Shown here piece after piece: positions 9,698-19,638 of a stretch of 51,813 bases of DNA. Position numbers and translations under genes: made by a program. How positions within the stretch are numbered: position 1 is the first letter of the stretch; every line of letters begins with the position of its first letter. Where the stretch lies: contig CAZDTN010000001.1 in the NCBI GenBank assembly GCA_964508355.1, positions 1 to 51,813 of the forward strand, given 5' to 3'. Source of the stretch: an uncultured Sphingobacterium sp. (GTDB lineage: Bacteria > Bacteroidota > Bacteroidia > Chitinophagales > Chitinophagaceae). The notes below the pieces were generated by a model. It made no database searches, was not told where the DNA came from, and saw nothing but the letters and a program-made list of their open reading frames with translations.

Positions 9698-9705
9698 TAC
9701 TTTTG
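9698..9705 (+). promoter_or_regulatory. -7 element TACTTTTG of carB
   Basis: Exact TAnnTTTG followed by CAC, 56 nt before the carB ATG. Confidence 0.75.
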
Positions 9706-9709
9706 CACT

Positions 9710-9731
9710 CCGGGTACAACCCGGTTTTTTT
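9710..9731 (+). terminator. Intrinsic terminator-like hairpin at start of carB leader
   Basis: CCGGGT-ACA-ACCCGG stem-loop followed directly by T7. Confidence 0.7.
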
Positions 9732-9761
9732 GTGCCCTTTACCGACTAAAAAATATCTTTT

Positions 9762-12584
9762 ATGCCAAAAGACGCTTCAATTGGTTCAGTGTTAATTATC
9801 GGATCAGGACCCATTATCATTGGACAAGCATGTGAATTTGATTATTCAGGCTCTCAGGCTGCCAGAAGCCTGAGGGAGGAAGGTGTAAAAGTAATTTTGA
9901 TTAACTCCAACCCAGCTACCATTATGACTGATCCTATGATGGCTGATAGGGTTTATCTGCTTCCATTAACAGTTGATAGCATAGAAAAAATATTACAAGA
10001 AAATCAAATTGATGCTGTATTACCAACCATGGGAGGTCAAACGGCATTAAACTTGGCCAAAGAAGCAGAAGAACTTGGGATTTGGGAGAGGTACAACGTT
10101 CGATTAATTGGTGTAGATATTAAAGCTATAGATAAAGCAGAGGATAGGGAAAAATTCAGGCAATGGATGATTCAAATGAATATTCCTGTAGCCACAGCCA
10201 AAACAGCCAACTCCTTCTTGGAAGGAAAAGAATTTGCACAGGAAATTGGATTTCCACTTGTAATTCGTCCCTCATTTACTTTAGGGGGAACAGGAGGAGG
10301 CTTTGTTCATAGTAAAGAATATTTAGATGAAGCCTTGAACAGAGGCCTATCCGCCTCTCCCATACATGAAGTTTTGGTTGAAAAAGCAGTTTTAGGCTGG
10401 AAAGAGTTCGAATTGGAATTGCTCCGAGACATGAAAGACAATGTAGCCATTATCTGCACTGTTGAAAACTTCGACCCAATGGGGGTTCATACAGGAGATT
10501 CCATAACTGTTGCACCCGCAATGACACTTAGTGATACCGCATTTCAATTGATGAGGAATACCGCTATTCGCATGATGCGAGAGTTGGGCAATTTTGCTGG
10601 AGGTTGCAATGTTCAGTTTGCACTTAACCCAGAAACTGAGGAAATTATTGCCATCGAAATTAATCCCAGGGTTAGTCGCTCATCCGCATTAGCTTCTAAA
10701 GCGACTGGCTATCCAATCGCAAAAATTGCAGCTAAGTTGGCTTTAGGTTACAGCCTTGATGAATTAAAAAATCAGATAACAAAAACCACTTCGGCATATT
10801 TCGAACCTGCTTTGGACTATGTGATTGTGAAAGTCCCAAGATGGAATTTCGACAAATTCAAGGGAGCAAATGATACCCTGGGCTTACAAATGAAATCAGT
10901 TGGTGAAGTAATGTCTATCGGAAGAAGCTTTACTGAAGCCATACAGAAAGCTTGTCAGAGTTTAGAAAATAATGCTGTTGGATTGGGCTATTATGGTAAG
11001 AGCCTCATGCATGCTGATGAAATCGTTGAATATCTTAAAACACCAAAATGGGATAGGATATTCCGAATTAAGGATGCCTTAATGATGGGCATCAGTGTGA
11101 AAACTATTTGTCAGGCTACTCGCATCGACAGATGGTTTATTTATGAAATCCAAAAGATCGTAGATATTGAAAAAGAAATTGCTAAATATAAATTCGATAG
11201 TCTACCCATTGAGCTGATCAAAAAAGCAAAGCACCACGGTTTCAGCGATGAACAGATTTGCAGAATAATGCAAGATGGCAATGAAGATGCATTGTATGAA
11301 AAAAGAAAAGCTGCAGGTATAACCAGAGTTTATAAAATGGTAGACACTTGTTCAGCTGAATTTGAAGCCAAAACACCTTACTTCTATAGTAGCTTTGAAA
11401 ATCAGGGAACGAATGAAAGTAAGGTTAGCGATAAGAAAAAAATAATTGTATTAGGCTCAGGCCCCAATAGAATTGGGCAAGGTATTGAATTTGATTATTG
11501 TTGCGTACATGGCTTGTTAGCCATCAAAGAATGTGGATTTGAAGCGATTATGGTGAATTGTAATCCAGAAACCGTTTCAACAGATTTTGACATTGCAGAT
11601 AAGCTCTATTTCGAACCTGTTTTCTGGGAACACCTCTGGGAACTGATAGAATATGAAAAACCAGAGGGAGTGATTGTGCAATTAGGCGGACAAACTGCAT
11701 TAAAATTGGCAGAAAGATTGCACAATAAAGGAATCAAGATCATTGGTACTTCATTTGACAGCATGGATATTGCAGAAGATAGAGGAAGATTCAGTGACAT
11801 GCTTAAAAGTTTAGGAATACCCTATCCAGAATATGGAACTGCTTACAATGTAGATGATGCTGTGGAAGTTGCACAAAAAGTTGGTTACCCTGTTCTTGTT
11901 AGACCTTCATATGTATTAGGTGGACAAAGAATGAGGATTGTAATCAACGACGAAGAACTCGAATCAGCTGTAGTCAGTCTGCTTAAACACATTCCAGACA
12001 ATAAAATTCTGATTGATCATTTCTTGGATCGCTGCCAAGAAGCTGAAATTGATGGCATCTTCGATGGAGAAGATTTCCATGTAATGGGTGTGATGGAACA
12101 CATTGAACCAGCTGGTATCCATAGTGGTGACAGTAATGCGGTTTTACCTGCATTTAACCTGACACCAATGGAAGTAACAACAATGGAGTTTATCGCTGAA
12201 AAAATTGCCAGAGCGCTCAACATCAAAGGATTGATTAATATTCAGTTTGCCATAAAAAATGGACAGGTATTTGTAATTGAAGCCAATCCAAGGGCCTCTA
12301 GAACAACACCTTTCATTGCCAAAGCCTATCAAATTCCTTATCTCAACATTGCAACTAAAATAATGATGGGAACACATAAACTGAAGGATTTCCAATTTGA
12401 AAAGAAATTGGATGGCTTTGCCATCAAAGAACCAGTTTTCAGTTTTGAGAAATTCCCAGGTGTGAGCAAGGAATTAGGACCTGAAATGAAGTCAACTGGT
12501 GAAGCCATTCGCTTTGTAAAAGACCTGAGGGACCCCTACTTCAGAACTTTATACAAGGAAAGAAGTATGCACCTGAGCAAGTAG
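9762..12584 (+). CDS. carB: Carbamoyl-phosphate synthase large subunit (short 940-aa form)
   Basis: GSGPIIIGQACEFDYSG, two ATP-grasp halves (RPSFTLGG, RPSYVLGG), ELGPEMKSTGE. Confidence 0.98.
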   Translation: MPKDASIGSVLIIGSGPIIIGQACEFDYSGSQAARSLREEGVKVILINSNPATIMTDPMMADRVYLLPLTVDSIEKILQENQIDAVLPTMGGQTALNLAKEAEELGIWERYNVRLIGVDIKAIDKAEDREKFRQWMIQMNIPVATAKTANSFLEGKEFAQEIGFPLVIRPSFTLGGTGGGFVHSKEYLDEALNRGLSASPIHEVLVEKAVLGWKEFELELLRDMKDNVAIICTVENFDPMGVHTGDSITVAPAMTLSDTAFQLMRNTAIRMMRELGNFAGGCNVQFALNPETEEIIAIEINPRVSRSSALASKATGYPIAKIAAKLALGYSLDELKNQITKTTSAYFEPALDYVIVKVPRWNFDKFKGANDTLGLQMKSVGEVMSIGRSFTEAIQKACQSLENNAVGLGYYGKSLMHADEIVEYLKTPKWDRIFRIKDALMMGISVKTICQATRIDRWFIYEIQKIVDIEKEIAKYKFDSLPIELIKKAKHHGFSDEQICRIMQDGNEDALYEKRKAAGITRVYKMVDTCSAEFEAKTPYFYSSFENQGTNESKVSDKKKIIVLGSGPNRIGQGIEFDYCCVHGLLAIKECGFEAIMVNCNPETVSTDFDIADKLYFEPVFWEHLWELIEYEKPEGVIVQLGGQTALKLAERLHNKGIKIIGTSFDSMDIAEDRGRFSDMLKSLGIPYPEYGTAYNVDDAVEVAQKVGYPVLVRPSYVLGGQRMRIVINDEELESAVVSLLKHIPDNKILIDHFLDRCQEAEIDGIFDGEDFHVMGVMEHIEPAGIHSGDSNAVLPAFNLTPMEVTTMEFIAEKIARALNIKGLINIQFAIKNGQVFVIEANPRASRTTPFIAKAYQIPYLNIATKIMMGTHKLKDFQFEKKLDGFAIKEPVFSFEKFPGVSKELGPEMKSTGEAIRFVKDLRDPYFRTLYKERSMHLSK

Positions 12585-12590
12585 ATTAAA

Positions 12591-15137
12591 TTGCCAACTT
12601 TAATGCCCCTAACAAAAACCACATTAATTCAGTTGATGAGGAGAAGCGTTTATTTAATGCTCCTCTCTCTTTTTTTGAATAATGTTGTAAATGCACAAGT
12701 ACCATTTAAGCAGCTCTTTGGAAAAATTAAAGACAGTCATTCTGACGAGTCTATCCCATTTGCTTCAATACAATTCCAAAAATCAGGTATTGGCAAGTTG
12801 AGCGACTCTTCTGGTACCTTCATATTTAATTTGCGCAGCTGGCCAAGTGATACACTCATGATTAGCTATGCAGGATATGAAGACTTCATACTAAAGATTG
12901 ATACCGGGAGAAATAAAATTGAAGTACTAATAAAACTAGAGAGAAAAAAAATAAATAATGAGGTTGTAGTTAAGAGCAAATTTAGCAGAGGCTATTTACT
13001 CTGGAGAAAAGTAGTAAGAAACAAAGAAAAAAACGACAGAAGCAGGTTTGATAATTACAGTTACGAATTATACAATAAACTTGAAATAGATCTTAATAAT
13101 GTGAATGTCGAAAAAATGCAAAAAGGTTTTTTGCCACCAAAACCATTTAAATTCATATTAAATAACGTTGATACAACAAGTGAAGCTTCTCCCATTTTAC
13201 CTATTTACTTGGTAGAAAATATTTCAGACTATTACACACAAAAAGATCCTTCAAAAAGCAGAGAGGTTATTCGTGCAAGTAAAACAATTGGACTCAAAAA
13301 CGAATCTGTTTCTAAGTTTTTGGGTGGGATGTACCAAAATGTGAATGTCTACAAAAATTTTATTCCGGTTTTTGATAGACAATATGTAAGCCCAATCAGT
13401 AACGACGGAGACCTTTATTACAACTACAAATTAGCTGATACACAATATGTTGCAGGTAGAAAATTTTTCAGATTAGTCTTTTTCCCAAAAAGAAAAGGAG
13501 AAAATACTTTCCAAGGTGATGTTTGGATAGCCGATTCAAGCTTTGCAGTTCAAAAAATGAATCTTCAAGTATCTCCAGGTACAAATATCAATTTTATTGA
13601 AAAACTTAGTCTTGTTCAAGAATACCAACTTATACAAGACAGTATCTGGTTTTTGGCCAAAGACAAATTCATTGCCAACTTTAACCTTACTGGTTCAAAG
13701 AACTTGAGTTTAATTGGAAGAAAAACCACGACGTACAACAAAATACTGATCAATCAACCCGTACTGCCAAATTCAATTTTTTCAGAAATCAAAGACGACA
13801 AAAGAAAGGAACTGGTTGTTGTAAGAAATGATGCCATGGAAAAACCTGATAGTTTTTGGCAGGCCAACCGTCATGAAGGACTTAATAAAAATGAAAGTAA
13901 TTTTTATAAGATGGCCGATAGCTTACTCAACATGCCAGAATTTGAAAGCTACTCAGAATGGCTAAGTTTTATTGGCACGGGATACAGGTTTGTTGGCAAC
14001 TATGAAATTGGCCCTTGGATGAACTGGATCAGTGGAAATAATTACGAGGGGCTTCGCTTGCGTTTTGATTTAGGGACCAACTATCATTTTAATAAAAATA
14101 TTTATTTATCAACATATGTCGCCTATGGAACGAAAGACAAAAAACTAAAAGGAAAATTTGAATCCTTATTCATGTTGGGTAAGGACCCAAGAAGTAGTAT
14201 CAGGTTACTTTATAAAAATGATCTCGATTATGGCCAAACTTATTATGATGAAGTGGGTTACGATAACGTATTTGCACTTGCAGCTCGAAAAAATCAAGTG
14301 CCTATAAAACTAATAAGTATAGAGGAACAAAAAATTGAATATTTTAAAGAATGGAGAACCGGTTTGTCACTGACCAGTAGTCTTCATAGAAAAATATTTA
14401 ACCCTATAAAAGACCTTCCCCGAAAACAAGATTTTCCAAGTTCAGCTATACCAGGAAATTTCAATGATTTTCAATTTAACCTACGCTTACGATTCGCATA
14501 TCTTGAAAGATTTCTTCAAGACGACTTTTTTAGAACCAGCTTGGGCAGTGATTATCCAGTGCTCGAACTAAATTATACCAAAGGCATTAAGGGAATACTA
14601 AATAGCGGTTACTCATATTCTAAAGCCACGTTTAGCATAAGTGACTATTTGAAAATTCCACCCATTGGTACCATATACTATGGAGCATATGCTGGTAAAC
14701 TATGGGGAACCTTACCTTATATGTTGTTAAACATAGCCCCTGGTAATGAAATATATTACTATAATAAATACGCATTCAACCTAATGAATAGGTATGAATA
14801 TATTTTTGATGAATATGGAGGTTTCAATATTGAACATAATATTGGAAGAGGCATTTTCAGATTACTTCCACAAAATAAAAAATTAAAATTGCGTCAATTT
14901 TGGAATGCTAAAATCCTTTGGGGTAGCTTAAGTGAAAGTAACACAGCATTAAACCTTAATAACAATTTTCCCTTTACAAGTTTGAATGGAAGGACCTATA
15001 TGGAATTAGGAACCGGTGTTGATAATATTTTGAGGTTCTTTAGAGTCGACCTAGTTTGGAGAATAGCACCAAGGCCGCTTCCGATTGAGCAATATAAAAA
15101 ATTTGGAATTTTCGGAAGCTTCAGATTCTCTTTTTAA
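12591..15137 (+). CDS. Outer-membrane protein, carboxypeptidase-regulatory-like domain plus DUF5686-like barrel
   Basis: Signal peptide, GKIKD..ESIPFASI..ISYAGY N-domain, YELYNKLEID, C-terminal beta-signal SFRFSF. Start may be 12603 or 12636. Confidence 0.75.
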   Translation: MPTLMPLTKTTLIQLMRRSVYLMLLSLFLNNVVNAQVPFKQLFGKIKDSHSDESIPFASIQFQKSGIGKLSDSSGTFIFNLRSWPSDTLMISYAGYEDFILKIDTGRNKIEVLIKLERKKINNEVVVKSKFSRGYLLWRKVVRNKEKNDRSRFDNYSYELYNKLEIDLNNVNVEKMQKGFLPPKPFKFILNNVDTTSEASPILPIYLVENISDYYTQKDPSKSREVIRASKTIGLKNESVSKFLGGMYQNVNVYKNFIPVFDRQYVSPISNDGDLYYNYKLADTQYVAGRKFFRLVFFPKRKGENTFQGDVWIADSSFAVQKMNLQVSPGTNINFIEKLSLVQEYQLIQDSIWFLAKDKFIANFNLTGSKNLSLIGRKTTTYNKILINQPVLPNSIFSEIKDDKRKELVVVRNDAMEKPDSFWQANRHEGLNKNESNFYKMADSLLNMPEFESYSEWLSFIGTGYRFVGNYEIGPWMNWISGNNYEGLRLRFDLGTNYHFNKNIYLSTYVAYGTKDKKLKGKFESLFMLGKDPRSSIRLLYKNDLDYGQTYYDEVGYDNVFALAARKNQVPIKLISIEEQKIEYFKEWRTGLSLTSSLHRKIFNPIKDLPRKQDFPSSAIPGNFNDFQFNLRLRFAYLERFLQDDFFRTSLGSDYPVLELNYTKGIKGILNSGYSYSKATFSISDYLKIPPIGTIYYGAYAGKLWGTLPYMLLNIAPGNEIYYYNKYAFNLMNRYEYIFDEYGGFNIEHNIGRGIFRLLPQNKKLKLRQFWNAKILWGSLSESNTALNLNNNFPFTSLNGRTYMELGTGVDNILRFFRVDLVWRIAPRPLPIEQYKKFGIFGSFRFSF

Positions 15138-15138
15138 A

Positions 15139-16323
15139 TCATGTAAACCCATTACAAGCATCAAGAATCACTTTACAGGAATCACGTATATCCTCGTCAC
15201 TTATAATGAGTGGTGGAGCTATTCGCATACAATTGGGGGCAAATAGAAACCAATCTGTAAATACACCAAGCTCAATACACTTATCGATTATTTTTTTATT
15301 GGTCTCATAAGAATCAAATTCTATAGCCATGAGCAAGCCCTGGGCCCTTACTTGCTTAATTAATGGATGTATAAGCAACTCCTTAAAGAGTGCTGATTTG
15401 GCCATGACTCCATCAATTAAACTAGCATTCAATAAATAATTCATAGCAGCCAATCCAGCAGCACAACAAACAGGATGTCCTCCAAATGTGGTGATATTAC
15501 CCAGTACTGGATTATCTGTAAATGCATTCATATTGGCTGTACTTGATACAAAAGCACCTAAAGGCATACCTCCACCAAGTGCTTTACCTAGCAACAAGAT
15601 ATCTGGTACAACACCAAATCTTTCAAATGCAAATAAAGATCCAGTTCTACCAAAACCTGTTTGAATTTCATCAAAAACAAGCATCGTACCTGTTGCAGTA
15701 CAAATCTCCCTCAACTTCTTCAACCAAGTTATGTTTGCAGGATTCACACCTACCTCAGCCTGAACAGGTTCAATAATAACACAGGCAGTTTGATGATTTA
15801 TAAAATCTAGAGCATGATCATCATTGTAATTCACATGTACAATCCCAGGTAATAATGGCCTGTATGCATTTCTCCAATATTCATCCCCCATAACACTTAA
15901 TGCACCCTGGGTTGAACCATGATAGGAATTGTTGAAAGCTACAATATTTGTCCTGCCTGTAATTCTTTTTGCCAATTTCATAGCACCTTCAGTCGCCTCA
16001 GCACCAGAATTGGTAAAATAAACAGCATTTAGACTTTCAGGTAAATGAGTTGCTAATTGATGGGCATAGGCTACTTGTGGAGATTCAATCAACTCTCCAT
16101 AAACCATTATATGCATGTAGGCATCAAGTTGTTGATGAATGGCGTCTATCACTGCTGGATTACGATGTCCAACATTACAAACACTTATCCCACTTATAAG
16201 ATCAGTATAAGCTTTTCCCTGTTTATCCCACATCTTCACGCCTTCTGCTTTGACAATCTCCAATGCCAGAGGTGCTGTTGATGTTTGAGCTACATGTCTC
16301 AGAAATAATTCACGCTGGTTCAT
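15139..16323 (-). CDS. Class III PLP aminotransferase (ArgD-like)
   Basis: NSGAEATEGA, YHGST, FDEIQTGFGRTG, GKALGGG, TTFGG. ATG 16323 preferred. Confidence 0.9.
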   Translation of the reverse strand: MNQRELFLRHVAQTSTAPLALEIVKAEGVKMWDKQGKAYTDLISGISVCNVGHRNPAVIDAIHQQLDAYMHIMVYGELIESPQVAYAHQLATHLPESLNAVYFTNSGAEATEGAMKLAKRITGRTNIVAFNNSYHGSTQGALSVMGDEYWRNAYRPLLPGIVHVNYNDDHALDFINHQTACVIIEPVQAEVGVNPANITWLKKLREICTATGTMLVFDEIQTGFGRTGSLFAFERFGVVPDILLLGKALGGGMPLGAFVSSTANMNAFTDNPVLGNITTFGGHPVCCAAGLAAMNYLLNASLIDGVMAKSALFKELLIHPLIKQVRAQGLLMAIEFDSYETNKKIIDKCIELGVFTDWFLFAPNCMRIAPPLIISDEDIRDSCKVILDACNGFT

Positions 16324-16364
16324 TGCCACAAAGTTCCTGATTATGCAATAACTTTAAGAAAAAA

Positions 16365-16880
16365 ATGTCAGTAATACTTCCTGTAAGGGGATTTACACCC
16401 AGCTTTGGTCAAAATGTTTTTATTGCACCTAATGCCACAATCGTTGGGGAGGTTACCACTGGTGATGATTGCAGTATCTGGTTCAATGCGGTTGTTAGAG
16501 GGGATGTCAATTTCATAAAAATAGGCAATAAGGTAAATATTCAGGATAATGCCGTAATACATGGTACGTTTGAAAAAAATGGTACTACTATCGGTAACAA
16601 TGTGAGCATTGGTCATACTGCTATTGTTCATGGCTGTACAATCGAAGACAATGTTTTAATCGGCATGGGTGCTATTGTAATGGACAGGGCGATAATTGGA
16701 TCTAACTCAATAATTGCTGCAGGTGCTGTTGTCCTTGAAGGCACAATTGTTCCACCAGGATCTATTTTTGCCGGTGTACCCGCAAAAAAAGTCAAAGACA
16801 TATCAGAAGAAAAAATAAAAGGAGAGATCAATCGAATTGCAGAAAACTATATCACCTATAGCAGTTGGTTTAAAAAATAA
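16365..16880 (+). CDS. Gamma carbonic anhydrase family (YrdA/PaaY-like) hexapeptide-repeat protein
   Basis: WFNAVVRGDVN, NIQDNAVIH, IGHTAIVHGC. Confidence 0.92.
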   Translation: MSVILPVRGFTPSFGQNVFIAPNATIVGEVTTGDDCSIWFNAVVRGDVNFIKIGNKVNIQDNAVIHGTFEKNGTTIGNNVSIGHTAIVHGCTIEDNVLIGMGAIVMDRAIIGSNSIIAAGAVVLEGTIVPPGSIFAGVPAKKVKDISEEKIKGEINRIAENYITYSSWFKK

Positions 16881-17807
16881 TCACCATTGTTTATCTGCAA
16901 TAGAATCTAGAATGGTACAATAACTGATATAACGCTCTTCATGTATTTCACCATCAATAACGGCCTGTTTAATGGCACAACCAGGCTCATTGAGGTGCAT
17001 GCAATTATTGAACTGGCAGTCGTTCAACCTTTTATTCATTTCTGGGAAATAATGAGACAATTCATCTTTGGTTATATCAGCGATTGCAAATTCCCGCATA
17101 CCGGGCGTATCTATAATCCTGCCTCCTGTCGGCAAATCATACATTTCCGCGAATGTAGTTGTATGCATCCCTTTCCCACTCCATTCACTCACTTCAGTGG
17201 TTCGAATATTAGCACCCTCTAATATGGCATTGATCAAACTGGATTTTCCAACACCAGAATGGCCACTGATTAAAGTGGTTTTATGGTGCAACTCTTCTTT
17301 CAATGCTTGTAGTCCCGTTTTTTCTTCTACTGATGTTAGCAAAACCTTATACCCAATCCGTTCGTACATCAACTTCCGTTCCTCATAAATTACCTGCTCT
17401 ACATCACCATGTAAATCTGCTTTATTGAAAACAATTATAGCAGGTATATGAAAGGCTTCACAGGTTACCAAAAATCTATCTATAAAACCCAGAGAAGTAC
17501 GAGGTTCTTTAATTGTTGCAATAAGAAGCGACTGATTGAGATTACATGCAATAATATGGTGTTGTCTTTTATTGGCGGGTGAAATACGGTTGACGTAATT
17601 CTTTCTTGGCAAGAGTTCAGTAATGATGGTTCTGTTTTCAAGTTCATCTTCCATTTCAAAAATCACTTCATCACCTACAGCTATTGGATTGGTTGATGTT
17701 ATATCTTTTATCTTAAACTTTCCTTTGAGTCGCGCTTGATAATGATTACCTTCTTCATCTTTCACCACGTACCAGCTGCCGGTAGATTTATATACTTTTC
17801 CTTTCAT
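16881..17807 (-). CDS. rsgA: Small ribosomal subunit biogenesis GTPase RsgA
   Basis: Permuted G motifs NKAD, GHSGVGKSS, DTPG; Zn finger CQFNNCMHLNEPGC. Confidence 0.96.
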   Translation of the reverse strand: MKGKVYKSTGSWYVVKDEEGNHYQARLKGKFKIKDITSTNPIAVGDEVIFEMEDELENRTIITELLPRKNYVNRISPANKRQHHIIACNLNQSLLIATIKEPRTSLGFIDRFLVTCEAFHIPAIIVFNKADLHGDVEQVIYEERKLMYERIGYKVLLTSVEEKTGLQALKEELHHKTTLISGHSGVGKSSLINAILEGANIRTTEVSEWSGKGMHTTTFAEMYDLPTGGRIIDTPGMREFAIADITKDELSHYFPEMNKRLNDCQFNNCMHLNEPGCAIKQAVIDGEIHEERYISYCTILDSIADKQW

Positions 17808-17828
17808 ACTCAACAGTGGTTTTTTAAT

Positions 17829-19538
17829 TTAGCTCAAGTACTTTGCAACTATTGGTAATCTTCTACCCACACCAAAAGCTTTAGTGCTTACACGAACAAT
17901 AGGACAGAACTGATTACGTTTGTATTCGTTGAGGTTGACCATGCGTAAGGTTTTTTTGACTAACGTTGCATCAAATCCCATATCTATAATTTCAGCAGGC
18001 CCTTTTCTTCTTTCGATATAGAAATACAAAATCTTGTCGAGCACATCATATTCCGGTAAACTATCGCTGTCTTTTTGATTAGGCCTAAGTTCAGCAGATG
18101 GTGCTTTAATAAGAATATGATTTGGAATAATTTCCCTCTCAGCATTTATCAAACGCGCAAGTGCGTAAACTTGGGTCTTATACAAATCTCCAATCACACT
18201 CAGACCTCCTGCCATATCACCATATAAAGTACCGTATCCTGTTGCCAGTTCACTTTTATTAGATGTGTTGAGTAATACATAACCAAATTTATTGGCAATG
18301 GCCATCAATAAATTTCCCCTACTTCTACTTTGAATATTCTCCTCGGCAACACCAAACGGCGTTCCCTCAAATAAAGGCTTTAATGTATTGACAAAACCAT
18401 CATACACATCTCCAATACCAATCACATGATAAGGGTTTCCTAAGTTTTTACTGAGCTGAACTGCATCCTGTACTGAATGCTCGCTCGAAAAAACAGATGG
18501 CATTAAAACTGCAGTCACGTTTTCAGCCCCTAATGCCTCTACGGCAAGAGCCAGGACAACGGCTGAGTCAATTCCACCGCTACTACCCAGTATAGCCTTC
18601 TTGAAGCCTAGCTTAGAAAAATAATCTTGAATACCAACAATAAGTGCAGACTTGATTTGTGCTATATTATTGTTGTTGGTTAGATAGTCGATGATTTGCA
18701 AGGGATCAGAAGTTTTTGCAACGCGCATATCGACTGCTATCTTTGGATGAGTTTGAGTATCAACCTGATTCATTTCAAACAATTCATCTGTTTCAACCAA
18801 GATACTGTCCTCTTTAAAATAAGCCAACTCATGCTTTAATCTACCACCCGCTGTATACACGAGACTTCCCCCATCAAATACAACTTCAGTCTGAGCACCA
18901 ACAGCATTGCAGTATATCATAGGAAGCTTATACTTCAATACGTTGAGTCGTATTACTTCTTTACGATCTTCATCATGATCATAATCAAAAGGAGAAGCAG
19001 AAATATTGATCATGAGATCAGGGGACTGCTTCATCAATTCATCCATAGGACAAATTCTATACAACGGGTTATCACCTAAATTCCAAATATCTTCACAGAT
19101 GGTAATAGCTAATTTTTTACCCTTGAACGGTATAACCTGCCAACTATATGCAGGTTCAAAATACCTGTACTCATCAAAAATATCATAGTTAGGTAGCAGC
19201 GTCTTGTGGGCAATACCATGAACCTTTCCCTCATACACCAAGATGGCAGAGTTAAAAAGATCTTTTCCTTCCATCTGTGGATTACGGGTAGGTGCTCCAA
19301 TGAGAATACCAAGATCAAGACTATGATTGGCCAATTCAGTAACAGCAGATTCGGCCTGAATCAAAAAATCTTCGAATTCCAAAAAGTCTCTTGGGGGATA
19401 GCCACAAACAGATAGTTCAGAAAAAACAACCAACTCAGCACCCATTTGTCTGGCTGCCTCTACTTCACGAATCATCTTCGCTTTGTTCACTTCAAAATTG
19501 CCAATATGATAATTCTGTTGGGCGATGTACACCTTCAT
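17829..19538 (-). CDS. nadE: Glutamine-dependent NAD+ synthetase
   Basis: Nitrilase-fold domain (SEL, K..LPNY, ICED) plus SGGIDS, NKSE..GYGTLYGD, PSAELRPNQKD. Confidence 0.96.
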   Translation of the reverse strand: MKVYIAQQNYHIGNFEVNKAKMIREVEAARQMGAELVVFSELSVCGYPPRDFLEFEDFLIQAESAVTELANHSLDLGILIGAPTRNPQMEGKDLFNSAILVYEGKVHGIAHKTLLPNYDIFDEYRYFEPAYSWQVIPFKGKKLAITICEDIWNLGDNPLYRICPMDELMKQSPDLMINISASPFDYDHDEDRKEVIRLNVLKYKLPMIYCNAVGAQTEVVFDGGSLVYTAGGRLKHELAYFKEDSILVETDELFEMNQVDTQTHPKIAVDMRVAKTSDPLQIIDYLTNNNNIAQIKSALIVGIQDYFSKLGFKKAILGSSGGIDSAVVLALAVEALGAENVTAVLMPSVFSSEHSVQDAVQLSKNLGNPYHVIGIGDVYDGFVNTLKPLFEGTPFGVAEENIQSRSRGNLLMAIANKFGYVLLNTSNKSELATGYGTLYGDMAGGLSVIGDLYKTQVYALARLINAEREIIPNHILIKAPSAELRPNQKDSDSLPEYDVLDKILYFYIERRKGPAEIIDMGFDATLVKKTLRMVNLNEYKRNQFCPIVRVSTKAFGVGRRLPIVAKYLS

Positions 19539-19612
19539 GGTGCAAAATTGCAGAAATATGCTGATATATGGTTAAAATAATGAAGGTACATGCAACAGAT
19601 AGTCCTTTCCAT

Positions 19613-19620
19613 TAATTTTG
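19613..19620 (+). promoter_or_regulatory. -7 element TAATTTTG of gldB
   Basis: Exact TAnnTTTG; contains the TTG that the ORF track chose as start. Confidence 0.6.
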
Positions 19621-19638
19621 AAAACAAAACCATATAAC

